Source: Synechococcus sp.
GTDB taxonomy: Bacteria; Cyanobacteriota; Cyanobacteriia; PCC-6307; Cyanobiaceae
NCBI GenBank assembly: GCA_047285805.1
Contig: JBJBCN010000003.1
Location: forward strand, 512,001-576,000
Direction of reading: 5' to 3'
DNA length: 64,000 nucleotides
Shown: positions 20,957 to 32,262 of the stretch, piece after piece
How positions within the stretch are numbered: the stretch's first letter is position 1
Layout of the letters: each line of letters starts with the position of its first letter
The notes under the pieces: generated by a model
Databases searched by the model: none
The model's input: only the letters and a program-made list of their open reading frames with translations
Told to the model about the DNA's origin: nothing
Program-made: the position numbers and the translations under genes

Positions 20957-22552
20957 ATGTCAGACGTGACTCCAACCTCGATCGGTGAAACCAATCGTCA
21001 TCCGGCGATTGTGATCCTTGATTTTGGTTCTCAATATTCTGAGTTGATCGCCCGTCGGGTGAGGGAAACCGAGGTGTATTCCCTGGTGATGGGGTACTCC
21101 ACTAGTGCGGCTGAACTAAAGGCGCTTAATCCCAAGGGGATCATCCTCAGTGGTGGTCCCAGTTCGGTTTATGCGGACCATGCCCCGAAGTGCGATCCCG
21201 GAATTTGGGATCTGGGTATTCCGGTGCTGGGTGTCTGCTACGGCATGCAGCTGATGGTTCAACAGCTGGGTGGCTCTGTGGTGGCTGCCGGCCGCGCTGA
21301 ATACGGCAAGGCGCCTCTGTTTGTCGATGACCCCACCGACCTGCTCACGAACGTGGACGAGGGTTCGACGATGTGGATGAGCCATGGCGACTCCGTGCAG
21401 CGCCTGCCCGAGGGCTTTGTCCGCTTAGCCCACACCGACAACACGCCTGAAGCGGCGGTTGCCGACCATCAGCGCCGTCTCTATGGCGTTCAGTTCCACC
21501 CGGAGGTGGTGCATTCCGAGTGCGGAATGGCCCTGATCAGAAACTTCGTCTATCACGTTTGCGGTTGTCTGCCGGACTGGACCACGGCGGCCTTTATCGA
21601 TGAGGCGGTCGCGGATGTGCGCCGTCAGGTCGGGGATAAGCGCGTTCTGCTCGCCCTCTCCGGTGGTGTCGACTCCTCCACCCTCGCCTTCCTACTGCAC
21701 AAGGCGATTGGTGATCAGTTGACCTGCATGTTCATCGACCAGGGCTTCATGCGGAAGGGTGAGCCCGAGTTCTTGATGGACTTCTTCGACAAGCAGTTTC
21801 ACATCCGGGTCGAATACATCAATGCCCGCGAGCGCTTCATCAACAAACTCGCGGGTGTCACTGACCCCGAGGAAAAGCGCAAGTTGATTGGCACCGAATT
21901 CATTCGGGTCTTCGAAGAAGAGAGCAAGCGCCTGGGCCCCTTCGACTACCTGGCCCAGGGCACGCTCTATCCGGATGTGATCGAGAGCGCTGGCACCAAC
22001 GTCGATCCCAAGACGGGTGAACGGGTGGCCGTGAAGATCAAGAGCCACCACAATGTGGGCGGCTTGCCCAAGGACCTCCAGTTCAAGTTGGTGGAGCCCC
22101 TGCGGCGTCTGTTTAAGGACGAGGTCCGAAAGGTGGGCCGCACTCTGGGACTTCCCGAGGAGATCGTCGGCCGCCATCCCTTCCCCGGTCCTGGTCTGGC
22201 GATCCGCATCCTTGGTGAGGTGACCGACGACAAGCTCGACATTCTTCGGGATGCCGATCTGGTGGTGCGCGAGGAAGTCAAGGCCGCGGGGCTGTATCAC
22301 GACATTTGGCAGGCCTTCGCGGTGCTGCTGCCGGTGCGCAGTGTCGGCGTGATGGGTGACAAGCGCACCTATGCCTTCCCCGTTGTTCTGCGCTGCGTCT
22401 CCTCGGAAGACGGCATGACGGCCGATTGGTCCCGTCTCCCCTACGACCTGCTGGAGAAGATCTCCAACCGGATTGTCAACGAGGTGAAAGGGGTTAACCG
22501 GGTCGTGCTTGACATCACCAGCAAGCCCCCCGGCACGATCGAGTGGGAATAA
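20957..22552 (+). CDS. guaA: GMP synthase (glutamine-hydrolysing)
   Basis: [34 protein letters not shown]. Confidence 0.98.
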   Translation: MSDVTPTSIGETNRHPAIVILDFGSQYSELIARRVRETEVYSLVMGYSTSAAELKALNPKGIILSGGPSSVYADHAPKCDPGIWDLGIPVLGVCYGMQLMVQQLGGSVVAAGRAEYGKAPLFVDDPTDLLTNVDEGSTMWMSHGDSVQRLPEGFVRLAHTDNTPEAAVADHQRRLYGVQFHPEVVHSECGMALIRNFVYHVCGCLPDWTTAAFIDEAVADVRRQVGDKRVLLALSGGVDSSTLAFLLHKAIGDQLTCMFIDQGFMRKGEPEFLMDFFDKQFHIRVEYINARERFINKLAGVTDPEEKRKLIGTEFIRVFEEESKRLGPFDYLAQGTLYPDVIESAGTNVDPKTGERVAVKIKSHHNVGGLPKDLQFKLVEPLRRLFKDEVRKVGRTLGLPEEIVGRHPFPGPGLAIRILGEVTDDKLDILRDADLVVREEVKAAGLYHDIWQAFAVLLPVRSVGVMGDKRTYAFPVVLRCVSSEDGMTADWSRLPYDLLEKISNRIVNEVKGVNRVVLDITSKPPGTIEWE

Positions 22553-22621
22553 TTACCGCGCGCTGAACCATGGCCTTGGCCGGGTGACTCCGTTACCCTC
22601 GGGGCCCCCGGCCCAGGAGCC

Positions 22622-23233
22622 TTGACCGCCGCCCCTCAGCAGGACATCCAGCTGCAGCGCCGCCTTCAGCAGGACAGCATTCAGCTGGCAGGGAAGGTGG
22701 TGTATCTCAACCCCTTTCTCTATTGGCGTCGTTTTGACGCCAATACCGACCGTTGGTTGAGGGAGCCTGGCCAACTGGCGGAAGACCAGATCACGACTAA
22801 CCGGGTGCGCTTCTACCCCGAGTTGGACTGGGAACTCCTCAGCGAGAACGACCGTGCCGTCAAGGACGGTGCCGTTGAGATGTTCCTGAAGAGCCTGGAG
22901 CTGATCAGCACCTTTAACCCTGAGCTCACCCCTGGTCAGCTGCTGGAGGTCGAGCGCAAGATGGCCGTCACGAAGAAAAAGGCCTTTGAGCGCTGGGTCT
23001 CAAGGTCCCTGAGGCGTCGCTTTCAGCAGGAAGCTAGCGAGCGTCGCCGCTTCGATCGCGAGCGCTTGGTGCGTGACTGGAGCGAGTGGATGGTGCTGCC
23101 GGTCACCCGCCAGGCCCTGCTCCCCCTCTCAGCCCTGATGGTGATCTCGGTCGGTGCGGGTTGGTGGCTGGGGTCCCAGCAGTTTTGCCGTCAGCAGATC
23201 GTCCAGCCCGCCATTTCGCGCAGCGCGCTCTAG
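22622..23233 (+). CDS. Conserved hypothetical protein with C-terminal TM helix
   Basis: YLNPFLYWRRFDANTDRWLREPGQ; coding bias. Confidence 0.8.
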   Translation: MTAAPQQDIQLQRRLQQDSIQLAGKVVYLNPFLYWRRFDANTDRWLREPGQLAEDQITTNRVRFYPELDWELLSENDRAVKDGAVEMFLKSLELISTFNPELTPGQLLEVERKMAVTKKKAFERWVSRSLRRRFQQEASERRRFDRERLVRDWSEWMVLPVTRQALLPLSALMVISVGAGWWLGSQQFCRQQIVQPAISRSAL

Positions 23234-23287
23234 GTCAGCCAGATCGCTGATCAGGCGCCAGACTGAGTGCACTCATTGCCTCGCTTC

Positions 23288-23647
23288 ATGGGCTCCGACC
23301 CCCTAGACAGCCTGCGCTTGACCCTGATGCAGGACGTCCTTCCCGTTGGGATGGCTGTGGTCGAGCGGGCAAAACGTGGCGGTGCCCGTGATGTGGCGGA
23401 TGCGTTCTCGAAAGGTCCAGATGGCCTGAGCGCACTTCGGGAGGAAGGCGCGGATGCGGCCCGTCAGGTCCGTGAGCGGCTCGATCAGATTCAGCCTGGC
23501 TTGGGCAACCCGGTGATGAAGGTGCAGGTGAGCGATGTGCCGGTCGAACCGGCCCTAGATGCCGGGGAAGAGGAGTTGCAGCTTGCCTTGACCAGGATCT
23601 CTGAGCGGTTGACGTTGCTCGAGGAACGGCTCACCGAAGGGAGCTGA
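23288..23647 (+). CDS. Conserved hypothetical protein
   Basis: LMQDVLPVGMAVVER..PGLGNPVMKV. Confidence 0.8.
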   Translation: MGSDPLDSLRLTLMQDVLPVGMAVVERAKRGGARDVADAFSKGPDGLSALREEGADAARQVRERLDQIQPGLGNPVMKVQVSDVPVEPALDAGEEELQLALTRISERLTLLEERLTEGS

Positions 23648-23657
23648 ACCCTTGGCT

Positions 23658-25445
23658 ATGGCGTCCAATCCTCATCGCAGTGCCGGTCTACAGAGGCAGC
23701 CTGCGATCCTCTTGGGGTTGGTGCTCTTCTTCGCGTCGGCGATGGTCCTGCGCCTCGGTTGGCTGCAGCTCCTGCATGGCAGTGAAAACCGGGAGCGGGC
23801 CGACGAAAATCGCATCCGCTTGCTGGCTCGGAATCCCGTGCGCGGTCGGATCCTGGATCGCTATGGCCAGGTCCTGGTCTCCAGTCGTCTGATATACAGC
23901 CTCTATCTGCAGCCCAAGGATCTTCCGAAGGGGTCCTGGCCCGGGTTGCGGGATCGGCTCAGTGGCTTGTTGAACATCCCACAGAAACAACTGGAGCAGC
24001 GCAGGCGTCGGGGGCCTGGCAAGCAGGAATACCGAATAGAGCTTGCCAGTGAACTGACGCCAGAGCAGGTGCTGCGCTTCCGCGAGCAGGCCAGTGACTT
24101 GAGGGGCGCCCAGGTGGATCTGGACGTTGTGCGCAGCTATCCCCATGGCTCGCTCGGGGCCCACACCTTGGGCTACACCCAGCCGATCACCGAGCAGGAA
24201 TACAAGCTTCTGGCGAAGCGGGGCTACAAGATTCGCGACCGCATCGGTCGCATCGGCGTGGAGGCCGCCTACGAGAAACACCTGCGCGGCACCTGGGGCG
24301 GCCAGATGGTCGAGGTCAACGCCATGGGTGAGATTCAGCGTGTCCTCGGTGATCGACCCTCCAAGGCCGGCAAAGATCTGGTGGTGACCTTGGATCTGCC
24401 GCTGCAGAGGGCGGCTGAGGCCGCCCTCAAGGGCAAGCCGGGGGGAGCCATCGTTGCCCTCAAGCCCAGAACGGGGGCGATCTTGGCGCTCGCTAGTCGC
24501 CCAACTTTCAATCCCAACTTCTTCTCGAAGACCGTCACCACCCAGCGGGAGTACGACGCCTTATTTGCCTCGCCATCGAAACCGCTCTTCAGCCGGGCCA
24601 TGAATGCCTACGATCCCGGCAGCACCTGGAAGCCAGTGACCGCCTTCGCCGGGATGGCCTCCGGCAAGTTTCCGCCCAACATCAAGTTGATGACCCGCGC
24701 CTGCATCACCTATGGCGGGCACTGCTTCCCGGACCACAACGGCGCCGGGTTTGGCTTGATCGGCTACGAGGATGCCTTGCGCTTCTCGAGCAACACCTTC
24801 TATTACCAAATCGGCGTTGGGGTGGGCTCGATGCCGCTTTATGACGCCGCCGTGAAGTTGGGCTTCACGAAGTCCACCGGCATTGAGATCGGCTACGAGG
24901 AAAGCACCGGTCTGGTGGGCAACGAGCAGTGGGCCGCGAAGGGGCGGACCTGGGGCAAGCCCGGCACCACCCCCTGGATCCCCGAGGACATGGCGAGCAT
25001 GTCCATCGGTCAGTCCGTGGTTCAGGTCACCCCCCTGCAGCTGGCTCGGGCCTATGCCGTCTTTGCCAATGGCGGCTATTTGATCACCCCGCATCTCGTC
25101 GATCGCGGCTTGGATTGGACGGCACTGCCGCGGCGCACCAAGGTGGACATTAAGCCCTCCACCTTGGCCACGATTACGCGTGGTTTGCGCAAGGTGGTCC
25201 AAGAGGGCACCGGGTATGCCATGAACCAAGCGGCGGAGTTGCCTCCTGTCGCCGGCAAAACTGGCACGGCCGAGGACAGCACGGGAGGACCTGACCACGC
25301 CTGGTTTGCCTGCTTTGCCCCTTATCCGCATGGGGAGATCGTCGTGGTTGCCTTTGCCCAGAACACCCCAGGCGGTGGTTCAGTACACGCGCTCCCCATG
25401 GCCCGTCAGGTGCTGCAGGTCTGGGCTCAGCAACGCAGCCGCTAG
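23658..25445 (+). CDS. mrdA: Penicillin-binding protein 2
   Basis: N-terminal TM, RGRILDR, PGSTWK, SSN, GKTGT. Confidence 0.95.
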   Translation: MASNPHRSAGLQRQPAILLGLVLFFASAMVLRLGWLQLLHGSENRERADENRIRLLARNPVRGRILDRYGQVLVSSRLIYSLYLQPKDLPKGSWPGLRDRLSGLLNIPQKQLEQRRRRGPGKQEYRIELASELTPEQVLRFREQASDLRGAQVDLDVVRSYPHGSLGAHTLGYTQPITEQEYKLLAKRGYKIRDRIGRIGVEAAYEKHLRGTWGGQMVEVNAMGEIQRVLGDRPSKAGKDLVVTLDLPLQRAAEAALKGKPGGAIVALKPRTGAILALASRPTFNPNFFSKTVTTQREYDALFASPSKPLFSRAMNAYDPGSTWKPVTAFAGMASGKFPPNIKLMTRACITYGGHCFPDHNGAGFGLIGYEDALRFSSNTFYYQIGVGVGSMPLYDAAVKLGFTKSTGIEIGYEESTGLVGNEQWAAKGRTWGKPGTTPWIPEDMASMSIGQSVVQVTPLQLARAYAVFANGGYLITPHLVDRGLDWTALPRRTKVDIKPSTLATITRGLRKVVQEGTGYAMNQAAELPPVAGKTGTAEDSTGGPDHAWFACFAPYPHGEIVVVAFAQNTPGGGSVHALPMARQVLQVWAQQRSR

Positions 25446-26587
25446 GCCAGGCTCGGGGCTGGGGCTTGCAGCACTTGCCAGTAAAAGCCACGCAGTTGCT
25501 CGGTCGCTCCCGCCCAGCCCCAACGCTCGGCTTCCTCTCGGGCATTCTGGCGCAGTTGCTCTCGCTCTCCGGGATCGCCGAGTAGACGTTGGGTGGCCGC
25601 GGTCAGGCTTCCGGCACCGCCATCGGCTCCATCGGGTTCATAGAGACAGCCGTTGACCCCATCGCTGACGATGTCGGGGATGCCGCCCCGGTTGGCGCCC
25701 ACCACCGGGCAGCCCGCCGCCATGGCCTCGAGCAGCACCAAGCCCAGGGTCTCGGTGCTGCTGGGGAAGAGGAAAGCATCGGCGCTGGCATAGGCACTGG
25801 CAAGCTCCTCGCCGGCCAGGTAACCCACGAAGTTGGTCGCACTGCCGGCGAACAGGGTCTCGAGCTGTTGTCGGTAGGGGCCATCTCCCACGAGCGCCAA
25901 GCGGGCATCGGGCATGGCATCCAGCACAGGGCGGATGCGCTCGATCTGTTTTTCGGCGGAGAGGCGACCGATGTAGAGCAGCAGCTTGCCGGTGTCGCTG
26001 CGACCCGCCAATAGCCGCTCACGCATGGCCTGGTTGCGGAGCTCCGGGCGGAACAGGTCCGTGTCGACCCCACGTTGCCAGAGATCGGTGTGCTGGATTC
26101 CCTTCTCGCTCAGCTCGGCCACCATCGCCGTGGAGGTGCAGAGGTTCAGCTGCGCCTGGTTGTGGGCCATCTTCAGCAGTTCCCACAGCACCGACTCAAG
26201 CATCCCGAGACCGTAGTGCTCCAAGTACTTGGGCAGGTGGGTGTGATAGCTGGCCACCAGGGGATAGCCCTTGGTCTTGGCCAACCAGATCCCCCCCAAG
26301 CCCAGGACAGCGGGGTTGACCACGTGCACCAGGTCAGGCCCAAAGGCCTCGAGTGCCTCGGAGACCGATGGGCGAGGGAGCGCCAGCTTGAGCTCCGGAT
26401 ACAGGGGCATGGGCATGGCCGGAACGCCCACCACCTGTGCGCCCATGTAGCTCTCGGGTGCCCCCTCGGGGCAGAAAATCATTACCTCATCACCGGCCGC
26501 CACCAGGTGCTGCACCGTTTTGGTGAGCCGGGTGACAATCCCATCAACCTTCGGCAGGAAGGTCTCGGTGAAGAGGGCGATTTTCAA
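25442..26587 (-). CDS. sqdX: Sulfoquinovosyl transferase (GT4)
   Basis: FTETFLPKVDGIV, ETLGLVLLEAMA; downstream of sqdB. Confidence 0.93.
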   Translation of the reverse strand: MKIALFTETFLPKVDGIVTRLTKTVQHLVAAGDEVMIFCPEGAPESYMGAQVVGVPAMPMPLYPELKLALPRPSVSEALEAFGPDLVHVVNPAVLGLGGIWLAKTKGYPLVASYHTHLPKYLEHYGLGMLESVLWELLKMAHNQAQLNLCTSTAMVAELSEKGIQHTDLWQRGVDTDLFRPELRNQAMRERLLAGRSDTGKLLLYIGRLSAEKQIERIRPVLDAMPDARLALVGDGPYRQQLETLFAGSATNFVGYLAGEELASAYASADAFLFPSSTETLGLVLLEAMAAGCPVVGANRGGIPDIVSDGVNGCLYEPDGADGGAGSLTAATQRLLGDPGEREQLRQNAREEAERWGWAGATEQLRGFYWQVLQAPAPSLA

Positions 26588-26592
26588 GGCAA

Positions 26593-27786
26593 TCAGGCAG
26601 CCTTAATTGCTTGCTCCTGGGTTTTGGTCCAGGCCGAGGTGCAGAGTATGCGGTTGCGGTCGCAGCGGTCCGCGTAGCGGGTGGCGATGTCCACCACTTC
26701 CTTCAGCAGACCGTCATCAAGGGTGGTGGGGTTGAGGCCCAGCTCGATAAAGCAGCGGTTGTCGACGATCAGATCGTTCTCCACAGCCTCGTTGCGGGGG
26801 TTGGGGAGGTTGTTGACCTGGGCACCGGTGAGGGCGGCGATCTTCTTGGCCAGTTCACCCACCTGATGGCTTTCGGTCATCTGGTTAAAGATCTTGACCC
26901 GTTCGCCCTTGGTGGGGGGGTTCTCGAGGGCCAGTTGGACGCACTTCACCGAGTCACGGATGTGAATGAAGGCCCGGGTTTGGCCGCCCGTGCCATGCAC
27001 GGTCAGGGGGTAGCCGATGGCCGCCTGCATAAGGAAGCGGTTCAGAACCGTGCCGTAGTCCCCGTCGTAGTCGAAGCGGTTCGTCAGGCGAGGGTCACGG
27101 TCGGTGGCATCGGTGTTGGTGCCCCAGACGATGCCCTGGTGCAGGTCGGTGATGCGGACCTGGTCGTTCTTGTTGTAGTAGAGGAAGAGAAGTTGATCCA
27201 GCGTCTTAGTCATGTGATAGACGCTGCCTGGGCTCGCCGGGTGGAGGATCTCCTCCTCGAAACGGCTGCCGTCGGGCTGGGGAACCTCAACCTTCAGGTA
27301 GCCCTCTGGGATGGTGGCGCCGCGGTGGGAGCCATAGCCGTACACGCCCATGGTGCCGAGGTGCACCACGTGACAATCCAGGCCGCTCTCGACGATGGCC
27401 GCCAGCAGGTTGTGGGTGCCGTTGACGTTGTTGTCGACGGTGTAGCGCTTGGTCGCGCTGCTCTTCATCGAGTAGGGAGCGGCCCGCTGTTCGGCAAAGT
27501 GAACGACCGAGTCAGGACGCTCAGCTACCAGCAGATCGACTAATCGCTGATATTCGTGGGCGATGTCCATGTGCACGAAGTGCATGGGCTTGCCGCCAAT
27601 TTCTTCCCAGGCCTTCAGGCGCTCGCCAATGCTGGAGATGGGAGTCAAGGACTCCACCTCCAAATCAATATCGATCTTGCGGCGGCTCAGGTTGTCGACG
27701 ATGACCACATCGTGGCCCTGGTCGGCCAGGTTCACGGCACAAGGCCAGCCACAGAAGCCGTCACCGCCGAGAACGAAAACCTTCAC
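26593..27786 (-). CDS. sqdB: UDP-sulfoquinovose synthase
   Basis: GGDGFCG, EQRAAPYSM, YHMTK, RFDYDGDYGTVLNRF. Confidence 0.97.
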   Translation of the reverse strand: MKVFVLGGDGFCGWPCAVNLADQGHDVVIVDNLSRRKIDIDLEVESLTPISSIGERLKAWEEIGGKPMHFVHMDIAHEYQRLVDLLVAERPDSVVHFAEQRAAPYSMKSSATKRYTVDNNVNGTHNLLAAIVESGLDCHVVHLGTMGVYGYGSHRGATIPEGYLKVEVPQPDGSRFEEEILHPASPGSVYHMTKTLDQLLFLYYNKNDQVRITDLHQGIVWGTNTDATDRDPRLTNRFDYDGDYGTVLNRFLMQAAIGYPLTVHGTGGQTRAFIHIRDSVKCVQLALENPPTKGERVKIFNQMTESHQVGELAKKIAALTGAQVNNLPNPRNEAVENDLIVDNRCFIELGLNPTTLDDGLLKEVVDIATRYADRCDRNRILCTSAWTKTQEQAIKAA

Positions 27787-27842
27787 CGCTGGACTCCTGC
27801 TGAACGAGCACTTGCTCCGTCAGGGCAAGCTACTACAGGGAT

Positions 27843-28010
27843 TCAGCTGATTCCTACCGCAACGGCCATCATCAGGATCACCAGCAGCGCGCCGCCGATC
27901 AGGAGCACTTTGCTGTTGGCGCCACGGGCTTCACCGGCCTCGATCACCTCCATCCGGGGTTCTTTGGCAAAGGCATTCAGCCGGCCGCCGTCCTCTTCTG
28001 TGACCTGCAT
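27843..28010 (-). CDS. psb34: PSII assembly factor Psb34 (Ssl1498 family), 55 aa
   Basis: Manual translation MQVTEEDGGRLNAFAKEPRMEV..+ C-terminal TM helix; below the ORF-track cutoff. Confidence 0.85.
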   Translation of the reverse strand: MQVTEEDGGRLNAFAKEPRMEVIEAGEARGANSKVLLIGGALLVILMMAVAVGIS

Positions 28011-28079
28011 CGCCGTAGCACGTGGTTCAGGCGACAGTAAGGACGAAGTGGCGGATTGAATCGCCGCTTTGCAGAAGCT

Positions 28080-28892
28080 TTATGTGCCGATGCGTCCGCC
28101 CGTCGGTGAACTGGGGCTGGCTTCCCCACGCACGGGGAGACGGCCGGCATGGAAGGCGGTGCGTCCGGCTTCACAGGCCATGGCCATCGCCCGGGCCATT
28201 GCCGCTGGATTTCCTGCCAGGGCTATGGCGCTGTTGATGAGTAGTGCATCGGCCCCCATCTCCATGGCCTGGGCGGCTTCGCTGGGGACCCCTAAGCCCG
28301 CATCGACGACCACGGGAACAGAGGCGTTCTCAATGATCAGAGCGATGTTGGCGGCATTACGGATCCCTTGCCCGGAGCCGATGGGGGAGCCCAGCGGCAT
28401 CACGGTGGCGCAGCCGGCCTCCTCAAGGCGCTTGGCCAGCAAAGGATCGGCATTGATGTAGGGCAGCACGGTGAAGCCTTCCTTCACCAGCTGTTCTGCC
28501 GCTTCCAAGGTCCCGATCGGATCCGGCAGGAGGTGCTTCGAGTCTGGGATCACCTCGAGTTTCACGAAGGTGTTTTCCTCCTGACCGGCCAATTTCGCCA
28601 GTTCGCGCCCCAGCCGGGCGACGCGGATGGCTTCTTCGGCTGTGGCGCAACCAGCGGTGTTGGGCAGCATCCAGATGCGGCTCCAATCCACCGCTTCCAT
28701 CAGACCTTCATGGCCTGCGGCCTGGGACTGCACCCGCCGAACCGCCACGGTCACGATCTCGCAGGCACTGGATTCAAGGCTGGCCTGCATCGCGTCCAGG
28801 CTGGGATATTTGCCCGTGCCCGTCATCAAGCGGCTGCTGAAGTGTCGACCGCCGATGATCAGGTCGTCAGCGTGCAGCGGCTCTGCAGACAA
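28080..28892 (-). CDS. thiG: Thiazole synthase (start approximate)
   Basis: [34 protein letters not shown]. Confidence 0.97.
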   Translation of the reverse strand: MSAEPLHADDLIIGGRHFSSRLMTGTGKYPSLDAMQASLESSACEIVTVAVRRVQSQAAGHEGLMEAVDWSRIWMLPNTAGCATAEEAIRVARLGRELAKLAGQEENTFVKLEVIPDSKHLLPDPIGTLEAAEQLVKEGFTVLPYINADPLLAKRLEEAGCATVMPLGSPIGSGQGIRNAANIALIIENASVPVVVDAGLGVPSEAAQAMEMGADALLINSAIALAGNPAAMARAMAMACEAGRTAFHAGRLPVRGEASPSSPTGGRIGT

Positions 28893-28983
28893 GGGGATGC
28901 GATCAGCTGTGCTGAGACCGTACCGCGCAGGCCTGTTGTTTTCAGCCTGGATCATTAACGTGGGACTACTTGATGGCGCGACC

Positions 28984-29487
28984 GTGATTCCGTTGCTGTT
29001 GGCTGCGCTGCCGTTGTCCACCGAGGCTGTCGCTCCCAGTCAGAGCACCCCGCTGCAGGAAAACTTCGGAATGGCGGCCATCGTGCGCCAATTCGATCCC
29101 TTAGCGCGAGCGGAGCAATTGGTGCAAGACCTCCCTCGGGCTTGGTCTGGGAGCTACACCCCCTTCGGCCCTGGCGAGGCGGCCAGTGTCCGCCTGACCC
29201 TCTCGTCTCTCAAGGCCCTCGGCCAGATGGTGGATGTGCGGGGTGAGATCACTCTCGGCTCCACCAGGATTCAGGTTCAGGGCAACTTGAATGCCGCCTC
29301 GGATCAATTGGATTTGCTGCTGCTGGGCGACTACCCCGGCTCTGATCTTCAGAGCGGTGGCTACTTCAATGGCCTTCAGGGGTTCACGCTGGTTGGCTGG
29401 TCGGCTCCTCGGTTGACCAATCCCGGTGGTCAGCTGGTGATGACTCCAGACACCACCGCAGCTCCGGCAATTAGCGGTCTTTGGTGA
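28984..29487 (+). CDS. Hypothetical exported protein
   Basis: Signal-like N-terminus; [17 protein letters not shown]. Confidence 0.7.
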   Translation: MIPLLLAALPLSTEAVAPSQSTPLQENFGMAAIVRQFDPLARAEQLVQDLPRAWSGSYTPFGPGEAASVRLTLSSLKALGQMVDVRGEITLGSTRIQVQGNLNAASDQLDLLLLGDYPGSDLQSGGYFNGLQGFTLVGWSAPRLTNPGGQLVMTPDTTAAPAISGLW

Positions 29488-29488
29488 C

Positions 29489-30010
29489 CTAGGCGGCGGT
29501 GCGTTCCAGACGCTTGAGCCGTCGCTTGGCTGTCTTGTTGGCCGCGTCGATTTCAAGGACCTTGGCGTAGGTCTCTATGGCCTCGTCGCTTTTCTGCTGT
29601 TTTTCCAGCGCAAACGCCAGGTTGTTGAGGGCGACGGGGTAGTCCGACTTCGCCCGCAGGGCAGCGCGGTAGTGCTTGATCGCGCCGTTGTAGTTGCTTT
29701 GGGCCGCTAGGGCGAAGCCCAGGGCGTTCTCGATTAAGGCCTGCGCCTCGCTCGGCTCACCGCTGGCGCGTTTGGCGGCCAACTTCAAATTTTCAGTGGC
29801 CTGGCCATAGAGGCGCTTCCGCAGCTGGACGGAAGCCAGTTCGTAGAGATCGCCGGCACTCTTCTCGCTTCCCTTCGCTTGGGCTTCGAGTCGCGCGAGG
29901 GCGGATTCGTCGCGGCGGACCCGCAGGATCTGGCGGGCGACAAGGACCGAGGCCGTGCCCAGCAACAACAAAAGCCCAACCAGGTAGGCCTGTGGGAGTG
30001 AAACATCCAT
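29489..30010 (-). CDS. ycf37: Membrane-anchored TPR protein (Ycf37/Pyg7-like)
   Basis: N-terminal TM plus TPRs (NALGFAL, YPVALNNLAFA); next to rplT. Confidence 0.8.
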   Translation of the reverse strand: MDVSLPQAYLVGLLLLLGTASVLVARQILRVRRDESALARLEAQAKGSEKSAGDLYELASVQLRKRLYGQATENLKLAAKRASGEPSEAQALIENALGFALAAQSNYNGAIKHYRAALRAKSDYPVALNNLAFALEKQQKSDEAIETYAKVLEIDAANKTAKRRLKRLERTAA

Positions 30011-30051
30011 GGACCGACCGGGTTGGGCTTAGTTGTGTTTGAAGGGGGCGA

Positions 30052-30399
30052 TCAGCTCTTGGCGGCGCCTACGACAGTGGCGAAGCTGGTGGGATCCAGT
30101 ACAGCCAGCTGGGCCAGCATCTTGCGGTTCAGCTGCACGTCAGCCTTCTTGAGGCCACCGATCAGACGGCTGTAGCTCACGCCGTTCAGGCGAGCAGCGG
30201 CGTTGATACGGGCGATCCAGAGGCGCCGGAAGTCGCGCTTCCGGCGCCGACGGTCGCGGTAGGCGTTGCAGAGCGCCTTCATCACCCGCTGGTTGGCGGT
30301 CCGGAACAGGGTGCCGTTGCCACCGCGGAAGCCACGCGCCAGGCGAAGGATCTTGTTGCGGCGTTTGCGGGCGACGTTGCCCCTCTTAACGCGGGCCAT
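30052..30399 (-). CDS. rplT: 50S ribosomal protein L20
   Basis: [25 protein letters not shown]. Confidence 0.99.
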   Translation of the reverse strand: MARVKRGNVARKRRNKILRLARGFRGGNGTLFRTANQRVMKALCNAYRDRRRRKRDFRRLWIARINAAARLNGVSYSRLIGGLKKADVQLNRKMLAQLAVLDPTSFATVVGAAKS

Positions 30400-30445
30400 G
30401 AATGGTTCTCAGTAAGTGTTGAAACAGCTAGGGAAGTGAAGCGAT

Positions 30446-30643
30446 TCAGCTGTAGGGGAGCATCGCCTTCACGTTGTCCGCGTCGCGCTCGTCGACCACG
30501 GCCATGGTGCCGAGGAAGCGCTTGCGCTTAGGGCTCTTGTGATCGAGCAGGTGGTTGCGGAAAGCGTGGCGGCGCATGAACTTCCCGCTGCCGGTCGCTT
30601 TGAACCGCTTGGCGGCTGCTTTGCGGGTCTTGAGCTTCGGCAT
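30446..30643 (-). CDS. rpmI: 50S ribosomal protein L35
   Basis: [14 protein letters not shown]. Confidence 0.99.
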   Translation of the reverse strand: MPKLKTRKAAAKRFKATGSGKFMRRHAFRNHLLDHKSPKRKRFLGTMAVVDERDADNVKAMLPYS

Positions 30644-30735
30644 TTTCTACGCGCTCGTGCACAAACGACGACAGTAAGACTTCAGAGTGCCTTCCGCCAA
30701 CTCCCCCTAGGGTTTGTCCTGGATCAAGTCCGGTC

Positions 30736-32238
30736 ATGCTGCGTACCCTTACGGCGGCACTCGCCGCGTCCTGTCTGCTGGCCGGATGCCAAGGAACGGA
30801 CGCCCAGGCCCTGACCCACCGGCCCGTGCCGGCACCGCCGGCCGTCGACGGAGCCCAGCCCGTGCTCTGGGTGGCCCTTGAAGACCATCTAGGGAAAGCA
30901 CAGCTTCAGTTGGTGGCCGCCGGCTCTGCCCTGGAGCTCAGCGATGCGTCCGGGCGGCTTGGCAGTGCTCAGCGGTTCTCCTTTCGTTGGAGAGCTCAGC
31001 CCTTGCCTGAGCCCTTGACGCTTCGGCGTCGGGTTTTGGGGCCGTTCTCCAGTTTTGAGACAGCGGAGCAGGCGGCTTTGGCTTGGCGGCGTCTGGGGGC
31101 GGACGCCGTCGTGGCTCACCCCGGAGAGTGGGAAGTCTGGGCGCCTCCTGAGAAGGCCGCGCCAGCGGGGTACAGCTCGAGACTGGAAGAACAGGTCATC
31201 AGCGAGGTCTTGACCTTGCAGGTGCAACGGCCGGAGGGATGGAGGACGCTCCAGGCACCGGTTCGTATTGAGGCACCCGGCGGTCTGCGCTGGGAGGGCG
31301 GGGTCTTTCAGGGCCCGTTCCGGCTGCAGCCGGATGCCTACGGGAGCTGGACGCTGGTGGAGCAGGTGCCACTCGAGCGCTATCTCCAGGGCGTGGTTCC
31401 CCATGAGATTGGGGCGGCTGCGCCGGCGCCGGCCCTGGCGGCCCAAGCGATCTTGGCCCGCACCTGGGCCCTGGGCAACCAGCACCGCTTTGCCCTGGAT
31501 GGCTATCACCTCTGCTCCGATACCCAATGTCAGGTCTACAGCGATCCACGCCTGGCTAGGGCAGGGGTGATAGCGGCGATTCGAGCGACGCAGGGCCAGG
31601 TGTTGGCCTGGCAGGGCAAGCCGATCCATGCCGTGTATCACGCCAGCAACGGTGGAGTGAGTGCCAACGAGGACGAAGCTTGGTCCCTGCCTGATCTGCC
31701 CTATTTGGAGCCCGCCTTAGACCGAGCGGGTGAAGCGCCGCAGGGGTTGGCCTTACCGCTGAGCCAGCGCCAGCAGGTGCGCTCGGTCTTGGCGGCGACT
31801 GCTGGGGTCTATGGCCAAAACCACCACTACTTCCGTTGGCAGCGGGTCTTGGGTCAAGAGACCTTTGTCCGTGCCCTTGGTTCCGGCGCCGCTGCCATTG
31901 GATCGCCGGTGCAACCGGTTGTGCTGGAACGGGGCCCCAGTGGTCGCGTGGTCCGCTTGGCCCTGCGCGGTCCCTTGGGGGATCGGGTGCTGGTCCGTGA
32001 TGCCATCCGCCGCACCCTGCGGCGCTTACCCAGCACCTTGTTTGTGATTGAACCGGCCGGCTCCGGCCTGTGGCGTTTTGAAGGAGGTGGTTTCGGCCAT
32101 GGCGCTGGCCTGTCCCAGGCCGGTGCCATCGATCTAGGGGGGCGCGGTTGGACTGTTCAGCAGATTCTGCGGCACTACTACCCCGGAACGGAGTTGGTTC
32201 CGCTGTCGTCCTTAGGGACAACGAAGGGGGGCTCTTAG
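30736..32238 (+). CDS. SpoIID/LytB domain lipoprotein
   Basis: Lipobox LAGC; LERYLQGVVPHE, AQAILART, CQVY, GGFGHGAGLSQ. Confidence 0.92.
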   Translation: MLRTLTAALAASCLLAGCQGTDAQALTHRPVPAPPAVDGAQPVLWVALEDHLGKAQLQLVAAGSALELSDASGRLGSAQRFSFRWRAQPLPEPLTLRRRVLGPFSSFETAEQAALAWRRLGADAVVAHPGEWEVWAPPEKAAPAGYSSRLEEQVISEVLTLQVQRPEGWRTLQAPVRIEAPGGLRWEGGVFQGPFRLQPDAYGSWTLVEQVPLERYLQGVVPHEIGAAAPAPALAAQAILARTWALGNQHRFALDGYHLCSDTQCQVYSDPRLARAGVIAAIRATQGQVLAWQGKPIHAVYHASNGGVSANEDEAWSLPDLPYLEPALDRAGEAPQGLALPLSQRQQVRSVLAATAGVYGQNHHYFRWQRVLGQETFVRALGSGAAAIGSPVQPVVLERGPSGRVVRLALRGPLGDRVLVRDAIRRTLRRLPSTLFVIEPAGSGLWRFEGGGFGHGAGLSQAGAIDLGGRGWTVQQILRHYYPGTELVPLSSLGTTKGGS

Positions 32239-32262
32239 AGTCCAGTCATCCTCGGGATCGCC

